The notes: a model not told the origin generated them from the sequence alone. DNA of 64,000 nt from Candidatus Kapaibacterium sp. (GCA_027082775.1 JALWUI010000058.1:7255-71254), one strand, 5' to 3'. Shown: positions 39,682-53,129, counted from the stretch's first letter. Made by a program: numbers and translations.

Positions 39682-41259
39682 ATGGCACGGGTGCGTGAAG
39701 CGTGGGCAACCCGCATTGGTTTGATTTTAGCGGTAGCAGGTAATGCTGTTGGACTGGGCAATTTTCTCCGATTTCCTGTGCAAGCTGCCAGCAACGGTGG
39801 TGGGGCGTTTATGATTCCTTACTTCATCTCCTTCATTCTGCTGGGTATCCCTTTGATGTGGATGGAGTGGACGATTGGTCGCTATGGCGGTCGATATGGC
39901 CACCACAGCGCCCCCGGAATGTTCGCGGTTATCTGGCGACATCCGATCGCAAAGTATCTGGGCGCTCTCGGGTTGTTCATCTCACTCACCATTATGGTGT
40001 ACTACACCTACATCGAATCCTGGACGCTGGGCTATAGCATCTTCTCTCTCCTCGGACTGTATTTTGATAACACAACCTTTGAGAGTGCAAAGGAATTTCT
40101 CCTGAGTTACCAGGGACTCAAACCGGACGGTCCTTTTTCCTCTGTGCTGGTCGCTTACCTTTTCCTGCTGGTGACCCTGGGTATTAACTTCTATGTGCTG
40201 AGTAAGGGAATTTCCGGTGGGATTGAAAAACTGGCACGGATTGCAATGCCAACCCTTTTTGTCTTTGCGGTTCTGTTAGCAATCCGGGTTCTGACCATCC
40301 AGACAGACCCGGCAATTCACAAAGCAACAGTATGGGAAGGGCTCGGATTTCTCTGGAATCCAGATCTCTCTGCTCTGTCGGATCCAAAGGTCTGGCTGGC
40401 GGCTGCCGGACAAATTTTCTTTACGCTCAGCCTGGGAATGGGAACAATCCACGCTTATGCCAGCTACCTCCGACCAAAAGATGACATCGCTCTTTCGGGA
40501 CTGACTACCGCATCGATTAACGAATTCGCAGAGGTTGTGCTCGGTAGTTCCATTGCCATTCCGATCGCTGTTGTATTCTTTGGGGTTCAGGCAACGCAGG
40601 AAATTGCTCAGGGAGGAGCTTTCAATCTGGGCTTCGTATCAATGTCGGTGATCTTCAGTCAGATTCCCTTTGGCGAATTCTTCGGGTTTCTGTGGTTCGG
40701 CTTACTCTTCTTTGCCGGCATCACCTCTTCGGTTGCAATGGCACAACCGGTTATTAGCTTTCTGGAAGATGAGTTTCGCTTTTCCCGTGGCAAAGCGGTG
40801 GCGATTATCGCTGTTTTAACGTTCATCTGCATCCAGCCAGTGGTCTTCCTGCTGGGACACGGATTTCTGGATGAGCTGGACTACTGGGGCGGTACCTTTA
40901 TGCTGGTCGTCTTTGCCCTGATTGAAACTATCCTGTTCGCCTTCGTGCTGGGCGTGGACAAAGGATACCAGGAGTTAATGCGCGGAGCAGATATTCACAT
41001 TCCCGAATGGTTCAAGTTCGTGTTCAAGTACATCACACCGCTGTTTCTTATCATCATTCTGGGCTACTGGGCAATAACGGATGCCTGGCGCGTCCTGCTG
41101 CTGGAAGGAGTATCCCCTGATGCCATTCCGTATCGCTGGGCTGCCAGAGGGTTGATGGTGCTGTTTACAATTGGTATCTGCTGGATGGTCTATCGCGCCT
41201 GGCAATATCGCAAGCAAATGGGATTGCGGGATGATGTCATCGAAGTACCAATTGACTGA
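39682..41259 (+). CDS. Sodium-dependent transporter, neurotransmitter:sodium symporter (SNF/NSS) family
   Basis: N-terminal AVGLGNFLRFP motif characteristic of NSS TM1 and about 12 TM helices. Confidence 0.85.
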   Translation: MARVREAWATRIGLILAVAGNAVGLGNFLRFPVQAASNGGGAFMIPYFISFILLGIPLMWMEWTIGRYGGRYGHHSAPGMFAVIWRHPIAKYLGALGLFISLTIMVYYTYIESWTLGYSIFSLLGLYFDNTTFESAKEFLLSYQGLKPDGPFSSVLVAYLFLLVTLGINFYVLSKGISGGIEKLARIAMPTLFVFAVLLAIRVLTIQTDPAIHKATVWEGLGFLWNPDLSALSDPKVWLAAAGQIFFTLSLGMGTIHAYASYLRPKDDIALSGLTTASINEFAEVVLGSSIAIPIAVVFFGVQATQEIAQGGAFNLGFVSMSVIFSQIPFGEFFGFLWFGLLFFAGITSSVAMAQPVISFLEDEFRFSRGKAVAIIAVLTFICIQPVVFLLGHGFLDELDYWGGTFMLVVFALIETILFAFVLGVDKGYQELMRGADIHIPEWFKFVFKYITPLFLIIILGYWAITDAWRVLLLEGVSPDAIPYRWAARGLMVLFTIGICWMVYRAWQYRKQMGLRDDVIEVPID

Positions 41260-41268
41260 ACTACTACA

Positions 41269-42717
41269 ATGATCCTTAAACGCCATATCGGACTCTACAC
41301 CGATTTCTACGAACTCACGATGGCGCAGGGGTATTTCTTTCAGGGGATGGCGGAAAAGCCAGCGGCTTTTGACTACTTTTTTCGGAAAAATCCCTTCGAC
41401 GGCGGCTTTGTGATCTTTGCAGGACTGGGCGATCTGCTGCCGATGCTGGAACAACTCCGGTTTGAAACCGATGACCTGGAATACCTCCGTAGTCAGGGTT
41501 TCCGGGATGAATTTTTAACCTTCCTCCGGGATTTTCGCTTCCAGGGAACGGTATACGCACCCCCAGAGGGCGAAGTGGTATTTCCCTACGAACCAGTGGT
41601 GCGCATTGAAGGGCGGATGTTCGAGGTGCAGCTCATCGAAACCTTAGTGCTTAACTTCCTCAACTTTCAATCGCTCATTGCAACCAAAGCTGCCCGGATT
41701 CGCCGGGTCGCTGGCGATCGAATCTTCCTGGACTTCGGGTTGCGCCGCGCTCAGGGTCTGGGAGGAATGCAGGCAACTCGAGCGGCAATTATTGGTGGCG
41801 CCAACGGGACTTCCAACGTGTTGGCTGGATGGGAGTATGACATCCCGGTTTCCGGTACACAAGCCCATTCGTGGATCCAGAGTTTCCCCGATGAACTCAC
41901 CGCTTTCCGCGCCTTTGCGCAATTGTATCCAGATCGCTGCATCCTGCTGGTGGATACGTACGATACGCTCAAAAGTGGCGTTCCAAATGCCATTACCGTC
42001 GCAAAAGAACTGGAAGCACAAGGGCACCGTCTTCTGGGTATTCGGCTGGACAGCGGCGATTTAGCCTATCTGAGCAAGCAGGCTCGCAAAATGCTGGATG
42101 CAGCAGGACTGCATTACGTAAAAATTTTTGCCTCGAACCAACTGGATGAATACGCAATCCGGAGTCTGAACGAACAGAATGCACCGATCGACGGCTTTGG
42201 AGTGGGAACTCGACTGGCGGTAGGACGCCCCTCTGCTGCGCTGGATGGAGTTTACAAACTCTGCTGGTTCGATGGAACGCCCCGGCTCAAAATTTCTGAA
42301 GACATCACGAAAGTGTCGCTCCCTGATCGGAAACAGGTGTGGCGCTACTGGAACAGCAATGGATACTTTTACGCTGATGGTATTGCACTGGCGGCGGAAT
42401 CAGCCCCAACAACCCTTTTCCATCCCTTCTTTCCCCATCAGCACGTCAACGTTGCACACTTCGACAAAGAACCGCTTCTGAAACCAGTAATGGTCAATGG
42501 CAAGATCGTTAGCCCTCTCCCTTCGGTGCAGGAAAGTGCTGCTTATGCACAGCAGCGGCTTGCTCATCTGGAGCCAGAATACCAGCGATTTGAAGAGCCT
42601 TATGTCTATAAAGTCGGCATCAGCAAAGCACTGATGGAGCTTCGCGATTCCCTAGTTTTCGCCCATCATCGATCGCCATATCGAGCGGAAAAATCTTCGG
42701 ATCGTCCATTGCAATAA
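41269..42717 (+). CDS. pncB: Nicotinate phosphoribosyltransferase
   Basis: 482 aa with N-terminal [14 protein letters not shown] motifs of NAPRTase. Confidence 0.85.
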   Translation: MILKRHIGLYTDFYELTMAQGYFFQGMAEKPAAFDYFFRKNPFDGGFVIFAGLGDLLPMLEQLRFETDDLEYLRSQGFRDEFLTFLRDFRFQGTVYAPPEGEVVFPYEPVVRIEGRMFEVQLIETLVLNFLNFQSLIATKAARIRRVAGDRIFLDFGLRRAQGLGGMQATRAAIIGGANGTSNVLAGWEYDIPVSGTQAHSWIQSFPDELTAFRAFAQLYPDRCILLVDTYDTLKSGVPNAITVAKELEAQGHRLLGIRLDSGDLAYLSKQARKMLDAAGLHYVKIFASNQLDEYAIRSLNEQNAPIDGFGVGTRLAVGRPSAALDGVYKLCWFDGTPRLKISEDITKVSLPDRKQVWRYWNSNGYFYADGIALAAESAPTTLFHPFFPHQHVNVAHFDKEPLLKPVMVNGKIVSPLPSVQESAAYAQQRLAHLEPEYQRFEEPYVYKVGISKALMELRDSLVFAHHRSPYRAEKSSDRPLQ

Positions 42718-42770
42718 GCAAAAGCATTGTCCTTCCTTTGTTGCCAGTTTCAACAAATGTGAATGTGTGG

Positions 42771-43529
42771 ATGATTTACTTCATCTCTGACCTGCACCTG
42801 GGCTTAGGAGATGCCGGTGATATGCGGCGAGAACAGCTTTTCCGGCAGTGGCTCAAGCTTATCGCCCGGGATGCAACAGCGCTGTACATCGTTGGTGATC
42901 TGTTTGATTACTGGTTTGAATACCGCACGGTTATCCCTGCCCCGTTTTATCGCGTCTTAGCAGCTTTTGCTGATTTAGTCGAAAGCGGCGTTCACATTCA
43001 CTATATCATTGGCAACCACGATTTTGGTCACTGGCGATTCTTCCAGCACGAAATTGGTGCCGTATTGCATTGGGAGGATGTGCAAACAGAGATTCACGGG
43101 AAAAAGTTTTATATTGCCCACGGGGATGGGAAACTCGATGGCGATCGAGGCTATTTGCTACTGCGAAAAATTCTTCGCAACCCGCTGGCGCAACGCCTTT
43201 ATCGCTGGATCCATCCTGACATTGGCATCTGGTTAGCCTCCCTTTCATCCCGCGCCAGCCGGAAACATACAGAACAGAACAACCCTCGCCGAACCGACTA
43301 TCTGTTCCACTTTGCCAAACAAAAAATCGAAGAAGGATTCGATTTCGTCATCTTAGGACACCAGCACCTGCCGCAAAAAAAGGTGTACCAGCAGGGTGTG
43401 TATATCAATCTGGGTGATTGGCTGGAACACGATTCCTTTGCCCGCTTCGATGGCGAAACCGTGGAACTGCTACAACTCCGCCATTTCCTTAATCCATCGG
43501 TTTCACAATTGAGCACGGTGCCTGTATGA
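42771..43529 (+). CDS. lpxH: Calcineurin-like metallophosphoesterase, probably UDP-2,3-diacylglucosamine diphosphatase
   Basis: Motifs FISDLHLG, GDLFDYW, GNHD and GH..LP in LpxH-like order. The start is trimmed to the Met at 42771. Confidence 0.6.
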   Translation: MIYFISDLHLGLGDAGDMRREQLFRQWLKLIARDATALYIVGDLFDYWFEYRTVIPAPFYRVLAAFADLVESGVHIHYIIGNHDFGHWRFFQHEIGAVLHWEDVQTEIHGKKFYIAHGDGKLDGDRGYLLLRKILRNPLAQRLYRWIHPDIGIWLASLSSRASRKHTEQNNPRRTDYLFHFAKQKIEEGFDFVILGHQHLPQKKVYQQGVYINLGDWLEHDSFARFDGETVELLQLRHFLNPSVSQLSTVPV

Positions 43530-44428
43530 GCACTGTGACAGCCAGCGTTTCTTGGCGAGTGTGGTGGCAGGCAGCACGTCCCAAAACCTTAGTGGCTGCA
43601 TTTGCTCCTGTGTTTTTAGGCTCTGCATTAGCGTGGTACAAAGGCGCTTTTGATCCGCTTGTCTTTGCCCTTACCCTTGTTGCAGCCGTAGCAATTCAAA
43701 TTGCAACGAATTTTTTCAATGAGGTTTATGATTACTGGAAGGGAGCTGATACGGGCGAGCGCTTGGGTCCGCCCCGGCTGGTCGCTCAGGGCGTTATTGC
43801 GCCGCAAGCGATGATGCGTGCTGCGCTGTTGCCGTCTGCCTTAGCGCTTCTTGCTGGCATCCCCCTGATTCTGCGTGGTGGTCTACCGATCGTATTGATT
43901 GGAGGAGTTTCCCTGCTTTTAGCCTGGGCGTATACCGGTGGTCCCTTTCCGTTAGCCTATCGGGGACTCGGAGAAGTTTTTGTCTTTGTATTCTTCGGTA
44001 TTGTGGCTGTTGGTGGCACGTTCTATCTGCACACCCTTTCTTATTCACTTGATGCACTACTGCTCTCTTTCATTCCCGGTGCTCTTTCTACCGCGCTGCT
44101 CCTGGTCAACAACATCCGCGATATTCCAACCGACCGGGCTTCGCAGAAGCGAACGCTCAGTGTGCGGCTGGGACGCCGGAAATCGGAAAAACTCTACCAG
44201 TTGCTGCTGTTCTTTCCTTTGCCAACGACGTTGCTCTTGATCGGGCTGGGGCTTCCGTGGACGCTGCTGCTGGATCTCTTTACCCTGCCGACCACCGTTC
44301 GCCTTGCCCGCCTTGTCCGGCAATTGCAGGGGCGAGCGCTGAATCAACTTCTGGAGAAAACCGCTATCCTGCTGTGGCTGCATACCATTCTCCTTGTTGC
44401 CGGTCTCATAGTGGGGAAGCAGTTCTGA
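43526..44428 (+). CDS. menA: 1,4-dihydroxy-2-naphthoate polyprenyltransferase (UbiA superfamily)
   Basis: About 8 TM helices. UbiA-type Asp-rich motifs (NFFNEVYDYWKGAD and NNIRDIPTD). Confidence 0.8.
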   Translation: MSTVTASVSWRVWWQAARPKTLVAAFAPVFLGSALAWYKGAFDPLVFALTLVAAVAIQIATNFFNEVYDYWKGADTGERLGPPRLVAQGVIAPQAMMRAALLPSALALLAGIPLILRGGLPIVLIGGVSLLLAWAYTGGPFPLAYRGLGEVFVFVFFGIVAVGGTFYLHTLSYSLDALLLSFIPGALSTALLLVNNIRDIPTDRASQKRTLSVRLGRRKSEKLYQLLLFFPLPTTLLLIGLGLPWTLLLDLFTLPTTVRLARLVRQLQGRALNQLLEKTAILLWLHTILLVAGLIVGKQF

Positions 44429-44970
44429 TGTTCTGGATCGGCGTCTTCGGCAGTGGGACAGTAACACCGGAAGATCCACTCTATGAACAGGCGGAACTCC
44501 TGGGAAAAGCCATTGCAGAGGCAGGATGGGTTGTGCTGAACGGCGGCTATGGCGGCATTATGGAAGCGGCGAGTAAAGGGGCAACAGCCGCCGGCGGCAC
44601 AGTCATTGGCATAACGACACCGTGGCTGAAGAAACGACAACCGAATCCGTACCTCTCACGGGAAATTACTGCTCCCACCTATCTGCAACGGCTGGAGCGA
44701 TTGGTTCTCTCCGCCGATGCGGCTGTCGTCTTCCCCGGCGGAAGTGGAACGATGCTGGAAATTGCGGCACTGCTTACTCTGATGGAACGCCGTTTTCTGG
44801 ATGAGGAGCGTCCCATCGTATTTTTCTCTGATTTCTGGCGTCCCTGGCTGCAACTTTTGCAGGATCAGGGAATCATCGCCACCGTGCCGCCACGAATGCA
44901 ATTTGCAAACACCATTGATTCCATCATTCCCTTTCTGCAACAAAGTTTCCAGACCCACCATTCAAGTTGA
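44428..44970 (+). CDS. LOG-family (TIGR00730-like) Rossmann-fold nucleotide-binding protein
   Basis: GGYGGIMEA and PGGSGTMLE motifs. Its start codon overlaps the menA stop (TGATG). Confidence 0.7.
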   Translation: MFWIGVFGSGTVTPEDPLYEQAELLGKAIAEAGWVVLNGGYGGIMEAASKGATAAGGTVIGITTPWLKKRQPNPYLSREITAPTYLQRLERLVLSADAAVVFPGGSGTMLEIAALLTLMERRFLDEERPIVFFSDFWRPWLQLLQDQGIIATVPPRMQFANTIDSIIPFLQQSFQTHHSS

Positions 44971-45001
44971 TACCCCCTGTTCTCTGCGTCTGCCTTGACA
45001 G

Positions 45002-45019
45002 TGTCAGGATTTCCTGACA
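45002..45019. promoter_or_regulatory. Candidate operator: perfect 7-4-7 inverted repeat TGTCAGG-ATTT-CCTGACA
   Basis: A perfect inverted repeat in the AT-rich stretch upstream of the hypothetical gene. It is immediately preceded by TTGACA (44995..45000). Confidence 0.3.
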
Positions 45020-45038
45020 CCGACGTGCAGGAAGAGGT

Positions 45039-46283
45039 GTGAAAATGTCCGGAAAGGACACACTTCCATCGATATTTTCCTTCTGGCACGGTTTTTTCAG
45101 TATAGGAATTTTACGCAAAATAAAGAACACAGATAGTCGTAGCACGAAAAAAGTCTGTAAAACAAAAAGAGGGCATATATGGAACATTTCCGTGGTTGAA
45201 TCTCTTTCTGAGGCAAGTGGGTATGTCGAACAAATCAGCGGAGGAAATCATTTTCTTTTCGTTTCTTGTATCGGAAATCGTTCGTTGTTGTTTAACAACA
45301 AAAAGGGACAGAGTATGCAAAACACTCCTCTTTCTCTGAATGCCCACGACTCTTCCTTCCGCGCAATTATGCAAGCCTTAGAACAGCTCATTCAGCAATT
45401 GCAGTCCAGCCACACGCTTTCTCAGGAAACATTCGAACGTGTTCTCGAAGCACGATATGCTATGTATCGTGCCCTTTGGAAGGTCATCCAAGAGCTGGAA
45501 AGCACAAAACGTTCGGCACAAGACCGCAAGGAGCTCCGTTCTCTGGAGGCATTGCTTCGGAATCTGGTGGAACGGTGGGGTAACAGGGATGGTCTTAATG
45601 AGTCGGTAGTAGATCCTGACCTACGGCGGATAGATCCTGAGGAACGGATAGGAACGGTGCCGAAGGCAAGCTGGGACCTATATGGATACACTCCGGGAGC
45701 CCCTGAGGTATGGACGGAAGAGGCACCGATCGAACGCCCCAGCCTTATGAAAAGCCGCCGGCGGCAAGATCTCAAATCCTCGTCTCATCATATTCAAAAG
45801 CACAAATTACCGCTTTACATTTCCGAAACAAATCGTAAGATTTCTGCTCTTGCTGAAAGCAACTTTGTTACACTCCCACTCAAGCCATTAAACGCAGCGC
45901 TGTATACCCTGATTCTGAGCTATGCTCCGGATCCGGTACGGCTGGGGAAAGAAACGCTTCCAGAACATTGGAACCTGTTCAAGGATCTGTATGCATATTT
46001 TTCTCAGCGCAGTGCTCGCTACAAGAATTTTGTCTTGTCCGTCGAGTCCAGGAAATCACATCCTGCGTGCTGGTTCGACCTGAGCAATAAGATTTACAAA
46101 CTGGTCTCGGAAATCAACGCTGCCATTCGACGCTCTGAGGAACTTCCAGAAAAGATAAAAGAAAAGCTGTACATTCACAAAACGGGGGCATATCGCACCA
46201 AACGCTACTACATACAATTGCCTCCGGAGCAGCATCGTCTGCCAGTAGAGTTAAGAGAAATCCTGAAAAGGTATTTAGGCTAA
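45039..46283 (+). CDS. Hypothetical protein with no recognisable domain. The first ~90 codons are AT-rich, and ATG 45315 (MQNTPLSL) is an alternative start.
   Basis: The long ORF is followed by a clear intrinsic terminator. Local GC is lower than in surrounding genes. No motif is recognised. Confidence 0.55.
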   Translation: MKMSGKDTLPSIFSFWHGFFSIGILRKIKNTDSRSTKKVCKTKRGHIWNISVVESLSEASGYVEQISGGNHFLFVSCIGNRSLLFNNKKGQSMQNTPLSLNAHDSSFRAIMQALEQLIQQLQSSHTLSQETFERVLEARYAMYRALWKVIQELESTKRSAQDRKELRSLEALLRNLVERWGNRDGLNESVVDPDLRRIDPEERIGTVPKASWDLYGYTPGAPEVWTEEAPIERPSLMKSRRRQDLKSSSHHIQKHKLPLYISETNRKISALAESNFVTLPLKPLNAALYTLILSYAPDPVRLGKETLPEHWNLFKDLYAYFSQRSARYKNFVLSVESRKSHPACWFDLSNKIYKLVSEINAAIRRSEELPEKIKEKLYIHKTGAYRTKRYYIQLPPEQHRLPVELREILKRYLG

Positions 46284-46341
46284 CGCTGAGACGTTGGTCT
46301 GAGCCTTAGAAAATCCCTCCTCCTTTTTTGATCGCACCGTA

Positions 46342-46373
46342 GGGGCAGCCACAAAGCGGCTGTCCCTTTTTTG
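46342..46373 (+). terminator. Rho-independent terminator
   Basis: GGGGCAGCC-acaaagc-GGCTGTCCC followed by TTTTTTG. Confidence 0.6.
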
Positions 46374-46431
46374 TTCTTTGCTGTTTCTTTCTGGTCCTGA
46401 GAGTTGTATTCGGTATTTGCCACACTTTTCG

Positions 46432-47931
<1,500 letters not shown>

Positions 47932-47948
47932 GAGTGTAGAAAACGGCA

Positions 47949-48374
47949 ATGTTAACGGGTAAACCTTTTGCACTGGAAATCGTCACGCCGGAAGGAATCG
48001 CATTTGAAGGAATGGTGGAAATGGTGCAGGTTCCCGGCACCTTAGGTCCTTTTCAGGTACTGTACGGACACGCACCGATTATTTCCGAGCTGGACATTGG
48101 TATTACCCGGTTCAATGATTCCGAGGACAATGAATCGATTTGGGCAACCAGCAGTGGATTTGCACAATTTTTTCACAACAAAATGACGCTGGTTGTTGAA
48201 ACGGCAGAGGATGCCACGACAATCGACATTCAACGGGCGTTAGCAGCGAAGCGGCGCGCTGAGGCATTGTTGGCAAAGAAAGAAGCGATCGACTTCCACC
48301 GTGCCCAAATTTCACTCCTGAAAGCACTCAACCGTCTCAAAGCCGCTCAGTTGGTAGGACGTTACCATGGCTAA
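47949..48374 (+). CDS. atpC: F0F1 ATP synthase subunit epsilon
   Basis: 141 aa with an N-terminal beta-sandwich, a C-terminal helical hairpin, and its position after atpD. Confidence 0.9.
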   Translation: MLTGKPFALEIVTPEGIAFEGMVEMVQVPGTLGPFQVLYGHAPIISELDIGITRFNDSEDNESIWATSSGFAQFFHNKMTLVVETAEDATTIDIQRALAAKRRAEALLAKKEAIDFHRAQISLLKALNRLKAAQLVGRYHG

Positions 48375-48405
48375 ATGCCAGTAAACGCAGATTGTCGTAG
48401 CACAA

Positions 48406-48436
48406 GCGGAACTCCGGGTGAGTTTCGCTTTTTTAT
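48406..48436 (+). terminator. Rho-independent terminator after atpC
   Basis: AGCGGAACT-ccgggtg-AGTTTCGCT (one mismatch) followed by TTTTTTAT. Confidence 0.5.
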
Positions 48437-48440
48437 ATAG

Positions 48441-49937
<1,497 letters not shown>

Positions 49938-49947
49938 CGGATTTCGA

Positions 49948-51027
49948 ATGCAACACCGAATTCAACAACTCCAGCGCTTTATCCGCTCAGAAAAGCTGGG
50001 AGGTTTCCTTGTCAGCTTTGTCCCTCATATCCGCTACCTTACAGGATTTTCGGGTTCCAGCGCCTCGCTGCTGGTACTTCCTCGATCGCTTCACTTCTTC
50101 ACCGACGGTCGCTATGCAACGCAGGTTCAGAATGAAGTGGGACACATTCCCAGACTCAAGATTCACATTACCCGGAATGTCGTCCAGTTTTTCCAGCAAC
50201 ATCGCAAACTGTTCGCATCGGGACGACCGCTGGGCTTTGAATCGTCTTATGTCTCTTACGCTTTCTACGAACACCTCCAGCAGGCGCTTCCGAAGGTTCC
50301 GCTGAAAGGTTACACGAATGTGCTGGAACCCCTGATCGCTGCAAAAACAGAGACGGAACTGCGCTCGATTCGGAAAGCAGCACACATTGCCGAGCGAGTG
50401 TATCAGGACATCCTAACGTTTATCCAGCCCGGTATGCGAGAAATTGAAGTTGCTGCTGAAATTTCCTACCGAGCGCGCCAGTACGGCTCCGAAGGTGATG
50501 CTTTCGATATCATCGTTGCTTCCGGAAAGCGGAGCGCTCTACCGCACGGTCGGGCGACGCGCAAAAAAATCCGATCGGGGGAAATCATCACCTTAGATTT
50601 CGGATGTATTGTCAATGGCTTTTGCTCTGACATCACCCGGACATTTGCGCTGGGCAAAGCGTCGAAGAAAGCGCGTGAAATCTATGCCCTGATCCACACC
50701 GCTTACACAGCAGCAATCGAGCAATTGCAAAGCGGTAAAACAGGAGCCGAAATCGACGCAGTAGCACGCTCGATTATCGACAAAGCAGGCTATGGACCCT
50801 TTTTCAACCACAGCTTAGGACACGGTGTCGGCATCTCTGTCCACGAATATCCAACGCTCTCTCCACAGGGAAAGACTGCCACGATCCCGGAAAATGCGGT
50901 GGTTACCATTGAACCGGGAATTTACTTGCCGAATCAATTCGGCATACGAATCGAAGATGACGTCTGGGTACGTAGTAACACTGCGAAACCTTTTACCCGG
51001 GCTGCTCACGAACTCCTGATTGTGTAA
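49948..51027 (+). CDS. Xaa-Pro aminopeptidase / M24 family metallopeptidase
   Basis: C-terminal pita-bread fold with metal ligands (D..D..H..E..E) and HSLGHGVGISVHE. Confidence 0.85.
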   Translation: MQHRIQQLQRFIRSEKLGGFLVSFVPHIRYLTGFSGSSASLLVLPRSLHFFTDGRYATQVQNEVGHIPRLKIHITRNVVQFFQQHRKLFASGRPLGFESSYVSYAFYEHLQQALPKVPLKGYTNVLEPLIAAKTETELRSIRKAAHIAERVYQDILTFIQPGMREIEVAAEISYRARQYGSEGDAFDIIVASGKRSALPHGRATRKKIRSGEIITLDFGCIVNGFCSDITRTFALGKASKKAREIYALIHTAYTAAIEQLQSGKTGAEIDAVARSIIDKAGYGPFFNHSLGHGVGISVHEYPTLSPQGKTATIPENAVVTIEPGIYLPNQFGIRIEDDVWVRSNTAKPFTRAAHELLIV

Positions 51028-51032
51028 AATCA

Positions 51033-52331
51033 GTGCTTCACGCGTACCCTATGCACAGCAGCGTTGAAACCGTGCTGGTTATTGCTTACTACTTTCCGCC
51101 AATGGGACTCAGCGGCGTTCAGCGCATCACAAAATTTGTCAAGTATCTGCCTCAATTCGGCTGGCGTCCCATTGTGTTAACTCCAGGTGCGGCTTCTTAT
51201 TATGCCTATGATCCCTCGCTGCTGGCAGAAGTACAGCAATTGGAAATTCAGGTGATTCGAACGGACCATCCGCTGGAATCCTCCAGAGTTGCCAAAAGCG
51301 CCTCGTACTACCCTCCCCGACTGCTCCAGCGGCTCTATCATTTTATTGCCAGTTTCTATGCAATCCCTGACACGAAATATCGGTGGAAGAAACGTGCCCT
51401 AAAAGCAGCTCGCTCTTTGCTCCGCCATACGCCGGTCGATGTCATTTTTGCTACCGCTCCTCCTTTTACCAATTTTTTAATCGGTGCGACCCTGGCTGAA
51501 GAGTTCAATCTTCCGCTCGTGTTAGACTACCGGGATCCGTGGGTCGACAACTCCTTCCATATCTACCCCACCCCATACCATCGATTCCGCAATCGCCAAC
51601 TGGAAGAACAGGTACTCCGTCGTGCCAGTGCTGTGATCGTACTTACCCGTTCAATGAAAGAGCATCTGTTGCAGCAATATCGATTTCTGGCACACAGTGA
51701 CATAGCAATCATTCCACACGGCTACGATCCAGAGGATTTTATTCTCTATGGACAGAGTTCCTCGCCGTCGGAAAAGTTTATCCTCACCTACAGTGGCCTT
51801 TTCCAGGACAACCGAACGCCGCGATACCTCCTGGCTGCCGTTGCACATCTATGCAAACAGGAGCCGGCATTGAAAGAGCAATTAGAACTCCGCTTCGTGG
51901 GTTTGCTTCGCAAACGCGATGAGCGACTGATTGACAAATACCGACTTCGGGATCTTGTCCGCATTACGGGCTATGTTCCACACGCTGAGCTGATCCAACA
52001 CCTGGCAGAATCCACGGTCCTCTGGCTGATGCTTCGGGACCAGACCCGAACACCGGAAAAACTCTTTGAATACTTTGGTGCCCGCAAACCCATTTTAGCA
52101 ATGCTTGATCACCCCGCCCTCCAGGAACTCCTGCAACAGTACGAAGCAGCACGGCTGGTACCTCCTACCGATGTGCCAGCAATTGCAACGGCGTTGAAAG
52201 AATTGATCCAGCAATGGCAGAAGCGAGCCCTCCCATCACCCAACGAAGCATTTGTCAAGCAATTCGATCGTCGGCTTCAGACAGAAACCTTAGCAAAGCT
52301 TCTCCGCCACGTTATTCCGATCGACAAATAA
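51033..52331 (+). CDS. Glycosyltransferase, GT-B fold (family 4-like)
   Basis: N-terminal YYFPPMGLSGVQRITKFVKYL motif and a C-terminal E...E-like region (EKLFEYFGARKPILA). Confidence 0.55.
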   Translation: MLHAYPMHSSVETVLVIAYYFPPMGLSGVQRITKFVKYLPQFGWRPIVLTPGAASYYAYDPSLLAEVQQLEIQVIRTDHPLESSRVAKSASYYPPRLLQRLYHFIASFYAIPDTKYRWKKRALKAARSLLRHTPVDVIFATAPPFTNFLIGATLAEEFNLPLVLDYRDPWVDNSFHIYPTPYHRFRNRQLEEQVLRRASAVIVLTRSMKEHLLQQYRFLAHSDIAIIPHGYDPEDFILYGQSSSPSEKFILTYSGLFQDNRTPRYLLAAVAHLCKQEPALKEQLELRFVGLLRKRDERLIDKYRLRDLVRITGYVPHAELIQHLAESTVLWLMLRDQTRTPEKLFEYFGARKPILAMLDHPALQELLQQYEAARLVPPTDVPAIATALKELIQQWQKRALPSPNEAFVKQFDRRLQTETLAKLLRHVIPIDK

Positions 52332-52337
52332 CCCTGA

Positions 52338-52940
52338 TTATTCCGAGCGCTGCCCGTAAAGCTCCAGCCACCGGGCAACATATTTCCCGATGATATCAAA
52401 CTCCAGGTTCACTTCCGATCCCTCTCTGTAGGTGGGAAAAATGGTGTGGTGGAAGGTATGGGGAATAATAGCAACCTTAAATCGATGATCCTGCAAATCG
52501 GCAATAGTTAGACTGACGCCATCCACGGCGATAGAACCGTGTGGAACAAGCATCGCCTGCCACGCTTCAGGAAAACGAATCCAGTACTCTCGCGCCGATT
52601 GCAGGGAAATCGACTCCACAATTCCAATGGTATCGACGTGTCCCTGGACGAAATGTCCGCCCAACCGGTCGGTCACCTGTAATGCCCGCTCCAGATTCAC
52701 CGGTGACCCGACAGTGAGATGCTTCAGCGTTGTTTTTGTCAGGGTTTCCGGAACCACTTCAACGCGCAATCGAGGCGGCTTAATTGCAACAACGGTCAGA
52801 CAGACGCCATTGACCGCAAGCGATTCGCCTTCTTTCAGAGCAGAAGTCAGCGATGGTGCTGCAATATCCAGTTGCCGCGCAGCAGCACGGTGCTCGACTG
52901 CCGCTACCTGTCCAACCGCTTCAACTAATCCCGTAAACAT
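52338..52940 (-). CDS. ribE: Riboflavin synthase (alpha subunit)
   Basis: Begins MFTGLVE. Two homologous lumazine-binding repeats each contain GxSLxVNGxCLTV-type motifs. Confidence 0.85.
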   Translation of the reverse strand: MFTGLVEAVGQVAAVEHRAAARQLDIAAPSLTSALKEGESLAVNGVCLTVVAIKPPRLRVEVVPETLTKTTLKHLTVGSPVNLERALQVTDRLGGHFVQGHVDTIGIVESISLQSAREYWIRFPEAWQAMLVPHGSIAVDGVSLTIADLQDHRFKVAIIPHTFHHTIFPTYREGSEVNLEFDIIGKYVARWLELYGQRSE

Positions 52941-53040
52941 TCCGCATCCTGCTTCTGCTTTGATCGCAAACTTGATGCATCAACCGGACTTTGCACTTGC
53001 TTTGCAATAACAATCCAAAAAGCTACTGCGTACCCAACCC

Positions 53041-53090
53041 AAACAAACAAAAACTGCCGTGCCAGTGGATAAACCACCGGAACACGGCAG
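53041..53090 (-). terminator. Rho-independent terminator downstream of the giant T9SS gene (minus strand)
   Basis: On the minus strand, CTGCCGTG...CACGGCAG stem with inner pairing, followed by TTTTTGTTTGTTT. Confidence 0.5.
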
Positions 53091-53129
53091 CATTGCTTGC
53101 TCGACGCTGAGAAAATGGCCGTTTGCTCT

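Noticed and set aside
44995-45000. TTGACA as a sigma70 -35 box for the orphan gene
   Set aside because: No acceptable -10 hexamer lies at 16-18 nt spacing. The hexamer is noted only as context for the adjacent inverted repeat.
52941-53129. FMN riboswitch upstream of ribE
   Set aside because: The 189-nt region lacks recognisable FMN-element conserved segments. It is better explained as the terminator of the upstream giant gene.
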